Shown piece by piece: positions 1-8,763 of a stretch of DNA of 64,000 bases. The position numbers and the translations under genes were made by a program. The notes beneath the pieces are model-generated. The model had not been told where the DNA came from. It saw only the letters and a program-made list of their open reading frames with translations, and did not search any database. The stretch comes from a virus, in IMG/VR virus record IMGVR_UViG_3300026512_000008, positions 3,494 through 67,493 of that record; one strand, written 5' to 3'. Numbering within the stretch: position 1 is the stretch's first letter; each line of letters begins with the position of its first letter.

Positions 1-43
1 TTTTAGTTAAAACATACAAAAAACAAGTATAAAAGGAATATAA

Positions 44-751
44 ATGATAAGAACAAATGATGACTTAGTTGATTACATTAAAAGACAGTTAGGATATCCG
101 TCAGTTGAAGTAGAATTAACATCAGATCAGATACAAGATTGTATTGATTATAGCATTAAAGAGTTCTCATCATTTGCATGGGATGGTGAACTTGAAGAGT
201 CAGTTATATTAACTGTAGACGGAAGAGGTACATATCAATTACCTGATTTTATTACAAATATTATAGCATTAAAGTCTATCCAAGGGTTCCAAAATTACGG
301 TCAAAATTATATTCCTGACAGATGGTCCGAAGAGTTTTTTAGAGCATTTGAGTCAAATAGCACTGGTATAGATGCAGTTATTTCAATTTCAAATACTTTC
401 ACTATGTATGAAAAATATATGCAGAAAGAAATAAATTATTATTTTAATCCTTATAAAAATACAATACAAATTATGGAAGAATTTAGTGGTAATGTAGTAA
501 TACATTACACATATGAATACACACCGGATAAAAGGGATAAAATTTATGATCATCAGTGGGTTAAAGATATGAGTGTAGCTAAATCAAGATATACTCAATC
601 AACAGTTACTGGTAAATACTCGCAAACATTAATTGGTGGTGCTACTATTAATTATGATGATATGAGAAGTAAAGCGGAAACTGAAATAGAGGATCTTAAA
701 GAACAACTATTTAGTAAATATGGTGGCCCAGCACCTATTTTAATAATGTAA
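44..751 (+). CDS. gp13: Neck protein, T4 gp13-like
   Basis: N-terminal DYIKRQLGYPSVEVELTSDQIQDCID and C-terminal LIGGATINY..EIEDLKEQL match the gp13 family pattern; AAGGA RBS. Confidence 0.85.
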   Translation: MIRTNDDLVDYIKRQLGYPSVEVELTSDQIQDCIDYSIKEFSSFAWDGELEESVILTVDGRGTYQLPDFITNIIALKSIQGFQNYGQNYIPDRWSEEFFRAFESNSTGIDAVISISNTFTMYEKYMQKEINYYFNPYKNTIQIMEEFSGNVVIHYTYEYTPDKRDKIYDHQWVKDMSVAKSRYTQSTVTGKYSQTLIGGATINYDDMRSKAETEIEDLKEQLFSKYGGPAPILIM

Positions 752-761
752 GGAAAAATAA

Positions 762-1220
762 ATGAAATTTACGCAATTATTTGAAAGTCCAGTAGGACAA
801 AGAGGCAGAACAAGTGTAAAAGATGCACATGCACATATAACACCTGAACTAGAAAAAGAGTTTTTTAAGATTATTAAGAAACTAGGTGGTATTCAAGTTG
901 CTAAAGTGATGTTAAATAAAATATCAGTAGCACCTATTAGTACTAGCGATTCTGTTCTTAAAAGATATCAAGACAGTAATTATATACAAGCAGATAAACT
1001 TAAAAAATCTAATAAAACATTAAAAGAAGAATTTGAACTCAACGAAAATGAGTATGAAGATATTCTTATTAAAAATAACATTAAAATTAAGTCAAAGTTT
1101 GAAACAAAGTTTGGTACAGAATTTCAACTTGCTAAAAAATATGATAAAGAAGATATTAAAAAAGCGTTAAAAGGGTTTAAAGTAACATTTGACGGAAATT
1201 CAATTTTCGTAACTAAATAA
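762..1220 (+). CDS. Hypothetical, probable internal head protein
   Basis: ORF with RBS; N-terminus MKFTQLFES resembles a T4 capsid-targeting/gp21 cleavage leader. Confidence 0.5.
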   Translation: MKFTQLFESPVGQRGRTSVKDAHAHITPELEKEFFKIIKKLGGIQVAKVMLNKISVAPISTSDSVLKRYQDSNYIQADKLKKSNKTLKEEFELNENEYEDILIKNNIKIKSKFETKFGTEFQLAKKYDKEDIKKALKGFKVTFDGNSIFVTK

Positions 1221-1231
1221 GGATTTTTTTT

Positions 1232-1447
1232 ATGACATTTAGAGAATATTTAACAGAAGGAAGCATTATATTTGATGCTAAAAACACAAAAGCAGTACAA
1301 AAATTTTTAAAAAAATACAAAACATCGATAGAAGATAATGGAAAATTGTCGGTTGAGATAGACGGTAAAGATGTTACTATTTTTAAGGGCGATGTAGTAA
1401 GTATTAACAACGGAAAAGTGGTTGTTAAAAAACCTTTCGATAAATAA
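1232..1447 (+). CDS. Small probable internal head protein
   Basis: N-terminus MTFREYLTEG resembles the T4 internal-protein leader MKTYQEFIAE. Confidence 0.55.
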   Translation: MTFREYLTEGSIIFDAKNTKAVQKFLKKYKTSIEDNGKLSVEIDGKDVTIFKGDVVSINNGKVVVKKPFDK

Positions 1448-1473
1448 ACAACACATTTTAAGTATTAAATTAA

Positions 1474-1481
1474 TATAAATA
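1474..1481 (+). promoter_or_regulatory. T4-type late promoter TATAAATA
   Basis: Exact motif in the intergenic gap before the tail tube gene. Confidence 0.65.
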
Positions 1482-1506
1482 CTTAAAATGATATTAGGAG
1501 ATATAT

Positions 1507-2082
1507 ATGGCTAACATAGCAAATTTAAAACAAGCACTTGGTGCTGGTGGTAGAGTAAATAAGTACAGAGTTAATTTCTCTATACCAAGCACGGTACCAA
1601 TTTCGTCAGATTTACAAAATGCAGATGTATTGTGTAAAGCGGCTCAGTTCCCAGGTGTTACAATTACACCTATTGAAGTATTTAATCAAGGAAGAAAATT
1701 AGTTATTCCTGGTGATACAGTATATGAAAATACATGGGCACTAACTTTTTACAATACTGCAGACCATGCTTTAAGAAGAGATTTAATTTCTTGGATGAGA
1801 AGTGCAGACGATTTTCAAAAAAATACACACAGTGGTAATCCTAATGATGTTCTTGGTGAGTTAAGTGTAACTCAATTAGATTCATTAGGTAAACCAACTG
1901 TTACATATACATTTCATAATGTATGGGTAAGTGGTGTTGACGCGGTTGAATTAACTGATGATGCTGATGGTGGTATTCAAGAATTTGCTGTTACATTCAG
2001 TTTTAGTGATTGGGTAGTAGGTGACGGTGAATTTTCCGAACCAGCAACAGCAAACGCGGCAAGTACAAATAGTATAGCATAA
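1507..2082 (+). CDS. gp19: Tail tube protein, T4 gp19-like
   Basis: GGRVNKYRV, CKAAQFPG, GRKLVIPGD..YENTW.LTFYN and IQEFAVTFSF motifs. Confidence 0.9.
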   Translation: MANIANLKQALGAGGRVNKYRVNFSIPSTVPISSDLQNADVLCKAAQFPGVTITPIEVFNQGRKLVIPGDTVYENTWALTFYNTADHALRRDLISWMRSADDFQKNTHSGNPNDVLGELSVTQLDSLGKPTVTYTFHNVWVSGVDAVELTDDADGGIQEFAVTFSFSDWVVGDGEFSEPATANAASTNSIA

Positions 2083-2114
2083 TAACTATACTATTTTAAA
2101 AAGGAAATATATAA

Positions 2115-2309
2115 ATGAAATTTATAGATTTATTTGAAAATACAAAATTAGATGATATTTACAACGAACTTAAAAAGGATTATGGTAATAAAAGTGATGT
2201 TATACACGCACAATTAAAATCAAAATTTGAAAATAAATATGTCAGATGGTCTAATAAGGAAATGGAATACTTATGGGCGTTATACAAAAAAGACAAATCG
2301 TTAAAATAA
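2115..2309 (+). CDS. Small probable internal head protein
   Basis: AAGGA RBS; leader MKFIDLFEN. Confidence 0.5.
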   Translation: MKFIDLFENTKLDDIYNELKKDYGNKSDVIHAQLKSKFENKYVRWSNKEMEYLWALYKKDKSLK

Positions 2310-2318
2310 AGGGATTTT

Positions 2319-2891
2319 ATGAACATTCTTAAAGGTGCAATTAATAAGATTAAAAATTTAGGTGCTAAGGAATTAACACCTAAAGAATCTATGGAAATGT
2401 TAAAAAATCTTATTAAAAAAGACAAAGTACCTATACAAAAACACTTAAAGCCTGGTGCTTTAGTAACATTTGTATATAATGCTAAAGATAAAACTCAAGA
2501 TTTTGATAGAACACCTTTAGTTATGGTATTAAGTACTACTTCAAAATATATGCTCGGATGTAACTTTCACTGGTTACCAACATCAAAAAGACAAGTATTA
2601 GTGCAATACATTCTTGACAAAAATAAAAATCGTATTCGTAAAAAATTACCCATTATTATCTCATATAAATCAATAAGAGCAGCAATGAAAAGTATTGGGG
2701 CATTTCCAGTAATTAGATTATATATTCGTGGTAGAATGAGTACAACTGGTGTAAGAATTCCGGATGAATTACTTATGCAAGCATCTAAAATGAAAACTGA
2801 AACATTTACTAAAGGTAAAGCAAATAGTACAACACTTTGGACTAGAGCAAAACAAAAAGCATTAAGTGCAAAACGAAAATTACTTAGATAA
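2319..2891 (+). CDS. gp2: DNA end protector protein, T4 gp2-like
   Basis: FVYNAKDK...DRTPLVMVL...LGCNFHWLP motif. Confidence 0.8.
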   Translation: MNILKGAINKIKNLGAKELTPKESMEMLKNLIKKDKVPIQKHLKPGALVTFVYNAKDKTQDFDRTPLVMVLSTTSKYMLGCNFHWLPTSKRQVLVQYILDKNKNRIRKKLPIIISYKSIRAAMKSIGAFPVIRLYIRGRMSTTGVRIPDELLMQASKMKTETFTKGKANSTTLWTRAKQKALSAKRKLLR

Positions 2892-2949
2892 TATCTATAT
2901 TAAAAGTGTTATATACTTAAAAATACTTAAAAAAATACTTTAATGTAAA

Positions 2950-2957
2950 TATAAATA
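2950..2957 (+). promoter_or_regulatory. Late promoter TATAAATA
   Basis: Exact motif upstream of the prohead genes. Confidence 0.6.
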
Positions 2958-2985
2958 TAGTGTAAATAAACAAAAAAGGACAAAT

Positions 2986-3183
2986 ATGTCGTTAGAACAA
3001 GAAACATTAGACTCTGTGAAAACTAAAAAGTTTACAGAATTTAGTGATGCAGTTAAACAAGAGTTGAAAAATAAATTAAGTAATCATCCAAAAACTAAAG
3101 ATTATGTATCAAATTTTGATAAAATACAGCAAATGAAAGATTCGTTTGCTAAAATTGCTAACATAAATAGTACGGAAGATTAG
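2986..3183 (+). CDS. Small helical prohead core protein (gp67-like position)
   Basis: Size and position immediately before the prohead protease; good RBS. Confidence 0.45.
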   Translation: MSLEQETLDSVKTKKFTEFSDAVKQELKNKLSNHPKTKDYVSNFDKIQQMKDSFAKIANINSTED

Positions 3184-3211
3184 TAATTTTTAAATTACAT
3201 AGGAGGTGTAT

Positions 3212-4111
3212 ATGAAATTAATATACGAAGTAGCAGAAGATAAAGTAATTACGGAACAAGTAATTAATGAGGCTAACGGATCTAAAAAATATCTTATTAA
3301 AGGTATATTTTCAAGTCCTGGAATTAAAAATAAAAATGGTAGAATTTATCCTAAATCAATTTGGGAAAGAGAAGTTACAAAATACCAAGATGTTTTAAAA
3401 TCAGGAAGTTCGAATACTTTACTTGAGTTAAACCATCCGCCAAGACAAGATGTTGATATGATGGAAGCAGTTGCTAAAATGACTAAACTATATATTGATG
3501 GTGATTATGTTATGGGTGAAGCAGTTTTACTAGATAACCCAAAAGCAAACCAACTTAAAACTTTAATTGATAATGGTATTAAAATGTCAGTATCGTCAAG
3601 AGGTGTTGGTAGTGTTAAAAATGGTTTAGTTGAAGATTTTAAACTAATTACATTTGATATAATTCCTAATCAACAACAATCTGACTTAAACGCATCAATG
3701 ATGGGTATTGTAGAAGGTGTTCTTGAAGGTAAAGAATTTGAAATGAATGAGTCAGGATTAATTACTGAAGTTGAAATGTGTACTAAAGATGAATGTACTC
3801 TTTATAATAAAGAAGATATTGTTGAAGCAACTAAACAAAAGTTCAAAGAATTAATGGATAACATGTCTATAAATGAAGCTAAATTACATGATATTATTAG
3901 CTCTTTTGCAGACGAAAACAAAAAAGAAGGTAAAGCAATTATAAAATTAGCACCTTATTTAAAAGATTTTGTTTATGGTAAAGATGTTGCAGATGTAATT
4001 ATTACTGGTAAATTAAATAATACAGAACTTGAAATGTTAGTAAAAACATTTAGAAAAGTTGTAATTATTCCGGATGGTGGTAACACTTTAAGAGTTAAAC
4101 TTTATTTTTAA
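3212..4111 (+). CDS. gp21: Prohead core protease, T4 gp21-like, with C-terminal extension
   Basis: NKNGRIYP, ELNHP and SVSSRGVGS catalytic motifs; start moved to ATG 3212 behind AGGAGG at 3201-3206. Confidence 0.92.
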   Translation: MKLIYEVAEDKVITEQVINEANGSKKYLIKGIFSSPGIKNKNGRIYPKSIWEREVTKYQDVLKSGSSNTLLELNHPPRQDVDMMEAVAKMTKLYIDGDYVMGEAVLLDNPKANQLKTLIDNGIKMSVSSRGVGSVKNGLVEDFKLITFDIIPNQQQSDLNASMMGIVEGVLEGKEFEMNESGLITEVEMCTKDECTLYNKEDIVEATKQKFKELMDNMSINEAKLHDIISSFADENKKEGKAIIKLAPYLKDFVYGKDVADVIITGKLNNTELEMLVKTFRKVVIIPDGGNTLRVKLYF

Positions 4112-4215
4112 CTTACTTAAAACTTATAAATAGAGTATAACATAAAAAAATTAGTATAAATATTAAAAAATCAGTTGAAATAGTTCGAATAGATGGTTTT
4201 TTGTATTTTTAGAAA

Positions 4216-4223
4216 TATAAATA
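4216..4223 (+). promoter_or_regulatory. Late promoter TATAAATA (further copies at 4125 and 4155)
   Basis: Three exact motifs in the gap before scaffold/capsid genes. Confidence 0.65.
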
Positions 4224-4283
4224 AATAAGTATTATATACTTATTACTTGTTAATATAACAAGAAAAATTAAAAGGAGACATAA

Positions 4284-5084
4284 ATGAAGTTAGAAAAATT
4301 ATTTGAATCTTTAGATGAAAAAGTTTTTACTGAAGAACTAAAAAGTAATTTGCAAGAAACATTTGACGCAGCAGTAGCTGAAGCGGCAAAAGTATCTGAT
4401 GAAGAACTTACAGAAAAAGTAGAAACACTTGCTGAAATCAAAGCTGTTGAAATGATTGCTGAAAAAGTCGAAGACAAAATTTCAGAATTAGAAGAAAAAG
4501 CAGAAGAATTTCAAAAAGTACTTGAAGAAGAAGCAAAAGAAAAAGAAGACACATTACTTGACCAAGTAGATTTATACTTAGAAAAAGTAGTAGAAGATTT
4601 TATCGCTGAAGCACAAGAAACTCTTGATGAGTCACTTAAAGCAGAAAAAGCAGATATGATTATCGAAGCAATGGATGCAATGATCGTTGCAACAGGTACA
4701 GACATTCTTAAAATTTCAGAAGCAAAAGATTCTTCGGATGCAGAACTTAAATTAGCAGAATCAATTGAAAAATATGATGAACTAATGGAAGAACACTTAG
4801 CATTAGAAAAAGAAAAATCAGCAATGATGAAAATGGGTATTATAGCAGAAATGAAAGCGGATCTTAATGTTGTTGAAGCAGATAAGTTTGAAAAATTAGC
4901 AGAATTAGTTGATTTTAGTTATGATCCAAGTTATGTTACAAAACTTGAAACATTAAAAGAAAGTTTAGGTGCTTCAAAAATCGTTGAGAAAGTTGAAGAT
5001 AAAAAAGAAGATAAACAAGAACAAATTGTTGAGAAAGTTGAGAAGAAAGTTTCTTTAACTACAGCATTTAGTCACTTAGTTTAA
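4284..5084 (+). CDS. gp22: Prohead core scaffold protein, T4 gp22-like
   Basis: Glu/Lys-rich coiled coil, VDLYLEKVVEDF motif, position between protease and capsid. Confidence 0.85.
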   Translation: MKLEKLFESLDEKVFTEELKSNLQETFDAAVAEAAKVSDEELTEKVETLAEIKAVEMIAEKVEDKISELEEKAEEFQKVLEEEAKEKEDTLLDQVDLYLEKVVEDFIAEAQETLDESLKAEKADMIIEAMDAMIVATGTDILKISEAKDSSDAELKLAESIEKYDELMEEHLALEKEKSAMMKMGIIAEMKADLNVVEADKFEKLAELVDFSYDPSYVTKLETLKESLGASKIVEKVEDKKEDKQEQIVEKVEKKVSLTTAFSHLV

Positions 5085-5104
5085 TTTAAAAAAGGAGAAT
5101 TAAA

Positions 5105-6433
5105 ATGAAAGAAATGAACGAACAAATTTTAGAATTAGTTGAGTCAGAAAAATACGCAGCATTGACTGAAGGTGCAGAAGCATCTTATATGGGTATGATG
5201 TTAGAAAACGCAATGGACGAAGCTGAAAAAGTACTTGCAGAAGGTACAGTTGCATCAGATGTAGCTACATTCACTCCAATCATTATGCCACTTGTAAGAA
5301 GAGTTTATCCAAACCTTATTGCTAATGAACTTTTAGGTGTTCAGCCAATGGCTTTACCAACTGGTTTTATTTACGCACTTACAAACAGATACTTAGGTAA
5401 CAAAAAAGATGGTTCAGTTAGCCCAACTACAAAAGGTCAAATTCTTGTATTTAGCGCAAACACTCCATCAGTAGGTGATACAGTTACAGGTGTTGACGCA
5501 GCAGGCGACGAAGCAACTGCATTAGTAGCTTATGTTGAAGGTAACAAAGTATTAGTTGAAGCAGCAGGTAACTTTTTAGTACCAGCAGGTGATATTTCAG
5601 CAGTATTTACAAATGAATTAGCATTTGGTCAAGTTCTTGTTAATTACACAGGTCCAATGACAACAGCAGAAGCAGAAGTTATCGGCGAAGGTATGAATGA
5701 AGTTGGTTTTGAAATTGCTCGTAAATCAGTTGAAGCAAAATCAAGAGCTCTTAAAGGTAGATATTCAGTAGAAATGTACCAAGATTTAAAATCACAACAC
5801 GGTTTAGCTGCTGATGATGAAATTATGTCATTAATTTCTTACGAAGTACAAGCAGAACTAGATAGAGAAATTGTAAACTTTGTTAACACAAACGCAACTC
5901 CAGTTGCTAACTCTTTTGCACCACAAAATGCAGATGGTAGATGGGAAATTGAAAAATATAGAACAGAAGTTATTAAAATGAAAAAAGAGTCTACTCAAAT
6001 CGGTCTTGATACAAAAAGAGGTCAAGGTAACATTGTTGTTGTTTCTCCAAATGTTGTTACAATGATGGAAGAAGTTGGTTCATTTAAAACTGCTACAAAA
6101 GACAATGGAACTACTCAACCAGTATCTGGTGGTGTTGCAGGAATCTTTGATAACAAATTCAAAGTAGTAGTTGATCAATTCGCTACAACAGACTATGCAA
6201 CAGTTATGTACAAAGGTGCTGATAGAAGAGATTCAATGGGATTCTTTGCTCCATATGTTCCACTTAGTTTCACAAAAGTTACAAACTTTGAAACTGGACA
6301 ACCAGCAATAATTGCTAAAACTAGATACGCTCTAGAAACTATTCCAGGTGTTGAAACTCCTATCAGTAATGATAGAGCAGCTAAATACGCTAGAAACTTT
6401 GGTATTGATTTTACAGGAACTGCACTTCAGTAA
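5105..6433 (+). CDS. gp23: Major capsid protein, T4 gp23-like
   Basis: PLVRRVYPNLIA, GVQPM, AKSRALKG.YSVE..QDLKSQHGL and FFAPYVPL motifs. Confidence 0.97.
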   Translation: MKEMNEQILELVESEKYAALTEGAEASYMGMMLENAMDEAEKVLAEGTVASDVATFTPIIMPLVRRVYPNLIANELLGVQPMALPTGFIYALTNRYLGNKKDGSVSPTTKGQILVFSANTPSVGDTVTGVDAAGDEATALVAYVEGNKVLVEAAGNFLVPAGDISAVFTNELAFGQVLVNYTGPMTTAEAEVIGEGMNEVGFEIARKSVEAKSRALKGRYSVEMYQDLKSQHGLAADDEIMSLISYEVQAELDREIVNFVNTNATPVANSFAPQNADGRWEIEKYRTEVIKMKKESTQIGLDTKRGQGNIVVVSPNVVTMMEEVGSFKTATKDNGTTQPVSGGVAGIFDNKFKVVVDQFATTDYATVMYKGADRRDSMGFFAPYVPLSFTKVTNFETGQPAIIAKTRYALETIPGVETPISNDRAAKYARNFGIDFTGTALQ

Positions 6434-6440
6434 CCAAAAT

Positions 6441-6466
6441 TAATTAAGATCTTCGGATCTTAATTA
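6441..6466 (+). terminator. Hairpin with cUUCGg tetraloop after the capsid gene
   Basis: TAATTAAGATC-TTCG-GATCTTAATTA, perfect 11-bp stem. Confidence 0.75.
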
Positions 6467-6470
6467 TATA

Positions 6471-6492
6471 TTAAGTAAACAAATGTTATAAT
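6471..6492 (+). promoter_or_regulatory. Host-RNAP-type promoter TTAAGTA-N7-GTTATAAT
   Basis: Same motif and spacing recur at 27559, 61965 and 63723. Confidence 0.7.
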
Positions 6493-6496
6493 ATAT

Positions 6497-6578
6497 TTAA
6501 TTATTTAATTGTAGATAGATGAATTCCGACCTCACTATCTATAATTAAATAATTAAAATAATTAAAAAAGAGGTCGGA
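6497..6578 (+). promoter_or_regulatory. 5' leader hairpin/pseudoknot that can occlude the endonuclease RBS
   Basis: 22-bp stem 6497-6518/6535-6556; loop TCCGACCTC (6525-6533) is complementary to GAGGTCGGA (6570-6578), which contains the SD. Confidence 0.65.
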
Positions 6579-6582
6579 CTCA

Positions 6583-8169
6583 ATGAAACACAAAATAAAT
6601 TACAGATTATTAAAATATCCTCAAACATTCTTTAATACACAAAAATACAAAATATCTGATTATAAAAGATATAAACACCGCTTAATAGCATGGTACTTAT
6701 TACATGAATATTCAAAAGACCATTGTATTCAACATCTTGCTAAATATACTGATTTTCGTAGAGTTATTAATAACGAATTTAATTTTATTAAACAATATAT
6801 TACAAAAATATATAATCTTGATATAAACAATTATACAAAACACAATATTATTAATTGTAAAATATGTAAAGTATGTGCTAAACAATGTAAAACAAATAGA
6901 GATACTTGTTCTAATAAATGTGCAAATACATTAAAAAACACTAAAAATATATCAGATGGTCTTAAGAAATATTACAAAACAGCAGATTGCACGGAAAGAC
7001 ACTCAAAAATTAAAGACTCTATAATTACAATGTACGATAATATGACTCCAGATGAAATTAAGGAAAAATGTGTTAATAAAGAATTAAGATATACTTCTTT
7101 TGATAATTTTGAAAAAAGATTTATTACATTAAAATTAAAATGCAATAAAGACTTTTATTACAATAATAATATTATACCAATAGAATGTGAATGTGGTAAC
7201 AAATTTACAGCACTAAAATCTACTGGTTTTATACCTATATGTAGAGTTTGCACACCAACAGTTAAACATAAAACACAAAACGACATATATACATTTATTA
7301 GAAATATAAGTACAAAACAAATACAAACTGATAATAAAACATTAATAAAACCATTAGAAATTGATATTGTATCAAGTAATTTTGGAATAGAGTATAATGG
7401 TATTTTAACACATTCGTTTGGCAAAACAGATAAAATAAAATGGGCAGATAATTGGGAAAATAAAGATTATAATATACATCTCAGAAAAACTGAAATGTGT
7501 GAATCTATAAATATTCACTTATTTCATATAAACGAATATGAATGGTTAAATCCCATTAAACAAAATATCTGGAAATCTATAATTGCTAATAAAGTAGGTA
7601 TAAATGATAAAATATACGCTAGAAAATGTATAATTAAAGAAATATCGTCGAGTGAGGCTAATAATTTTATAGAAAATAATCATTTACAAGGTATAAGAAA
7701 TGCTAGTATTAAATTAGGATTGTTTTATAATAATGAACTAGTTCAAGTAATGACATTAGGAGTTCCTATGCAACTTAAATATAAAGGGGCGAATCATTAT
7801 GAACTTATTAGATTATGTTCAAAAATAAATACCACAGTTATAGGTGGAGCATCTAAACTTCTTAAGTATTTTGAGAGAAATTATAATCCAAAATTAATTA
7901 TTAGCTATGCTAATCGTAGATGGGCTTACAGTAAAAGTACAGTATATAATAAATTAGGGTTTAAATATATAGGAAAATCAAAACCAAATTATGTAATATG
8001 TCGTCTTAATAATACAAATGTATATTCAAGACAAAAGTTTCAAAAACATAAACTTAAAAATATAATACCAAATTTTAACCCTACTATTTCTGCAATTAAT
8101 AATATTGTAAATAATGGATACAGAATATTTCCAGATTCTGGTAATCTTATATTTACAAAAACTTATTGA
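6583..8169 (+). mobile_element. Free-standing Hef-like homing endonuclease with N-terminal Zn-binding Cys motifs
   Basis: FGIEYNG..THS, HLFHINEYEW, IYARKC.IKEI and FIENNHLQG motifs; CxxC pairs; sits directly after gp23; distinct AT-rich codon usage. Confidence 0.85.
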
Positions 8170-8292
8170 TTATAAATACACTATAAACAGATTTTTGCGG
8201 AATCTATTAATTTAAGCTTACATACATTAATCGTTAGACTAAACTAAGTTTAACAACAATATACTCACTCAAACACTCACTCAAACTAATTA

Positions 8293-8300
8293 TATAAATA
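8293..8300 (+). promoter_or_regulatory. Late promoter TATAAATA (second copy at 8171)
   Basis: Exact motif before the baseplate operon. Confidence 0.65.
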
Positions 8301-8319
8301 CTAAAAAGTAGGATTATAT

Positions 8320-8739
8320 ATGCCGAATTACATACCAGAAGCAGATTATGATAATTATGCTGGGTCAGCAACACATAATGATAAACTTACATATTTCGAC
8401 TATAATAGTCCGACGGATGTAGTTACAAATATTGATGCTATTAATAATGCTATTCGTAACATATTAATGACAAGATTAGGTTCACTACCAGGTAAACCAG
8501 ATTTTGGATCAAATGTTATAAATGTAGTTTTTGAACTTATGGATAATACAAGTACAACAGACATATTAAGAAATAGTATTATTCAAGCATTAATAAAATG
8601 GGAACCTAGAATATTAATAAATGATGTTGTTATAAAAGAAATTCCAGAATATAACAAACTTATAGCAAACATATCGTACACTTATACTATGATGGGCGGG
8701 AATATAGATGCATCAACATCAATTTTATTACATGATTAA
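8320..8739 (+). CDS. gp25: Baseplate wedge subunit, T4 gp25-like
   Basis: AINNAIRNILMTRLGSLPGKPDFGS and KWEPRI (GPW/gp25 family). Confidence 0.9.
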   Translation: MPNYIPEADYDNYAGSATHNDKLTYFDYNSPTDVVTNIDAINNAIRNILMTRLGSLPGKPDFGSNVINVVFELMDNTSTTDILRNSIIQALIKWEPRILINDVVIKEIPEYNKLIANISYTYTMMGGNIDASTSILLHD

Positions 8740-8763
8740 AAAAATACAATTAAGGATTATTAA

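Noticed and set aside
5105-8169. Intron or intein in the capsid gene carrying the endonuclease
   Set aside because: gp23 is continuous, complete and followed by a hairpin; the endonuclease has its own promoter
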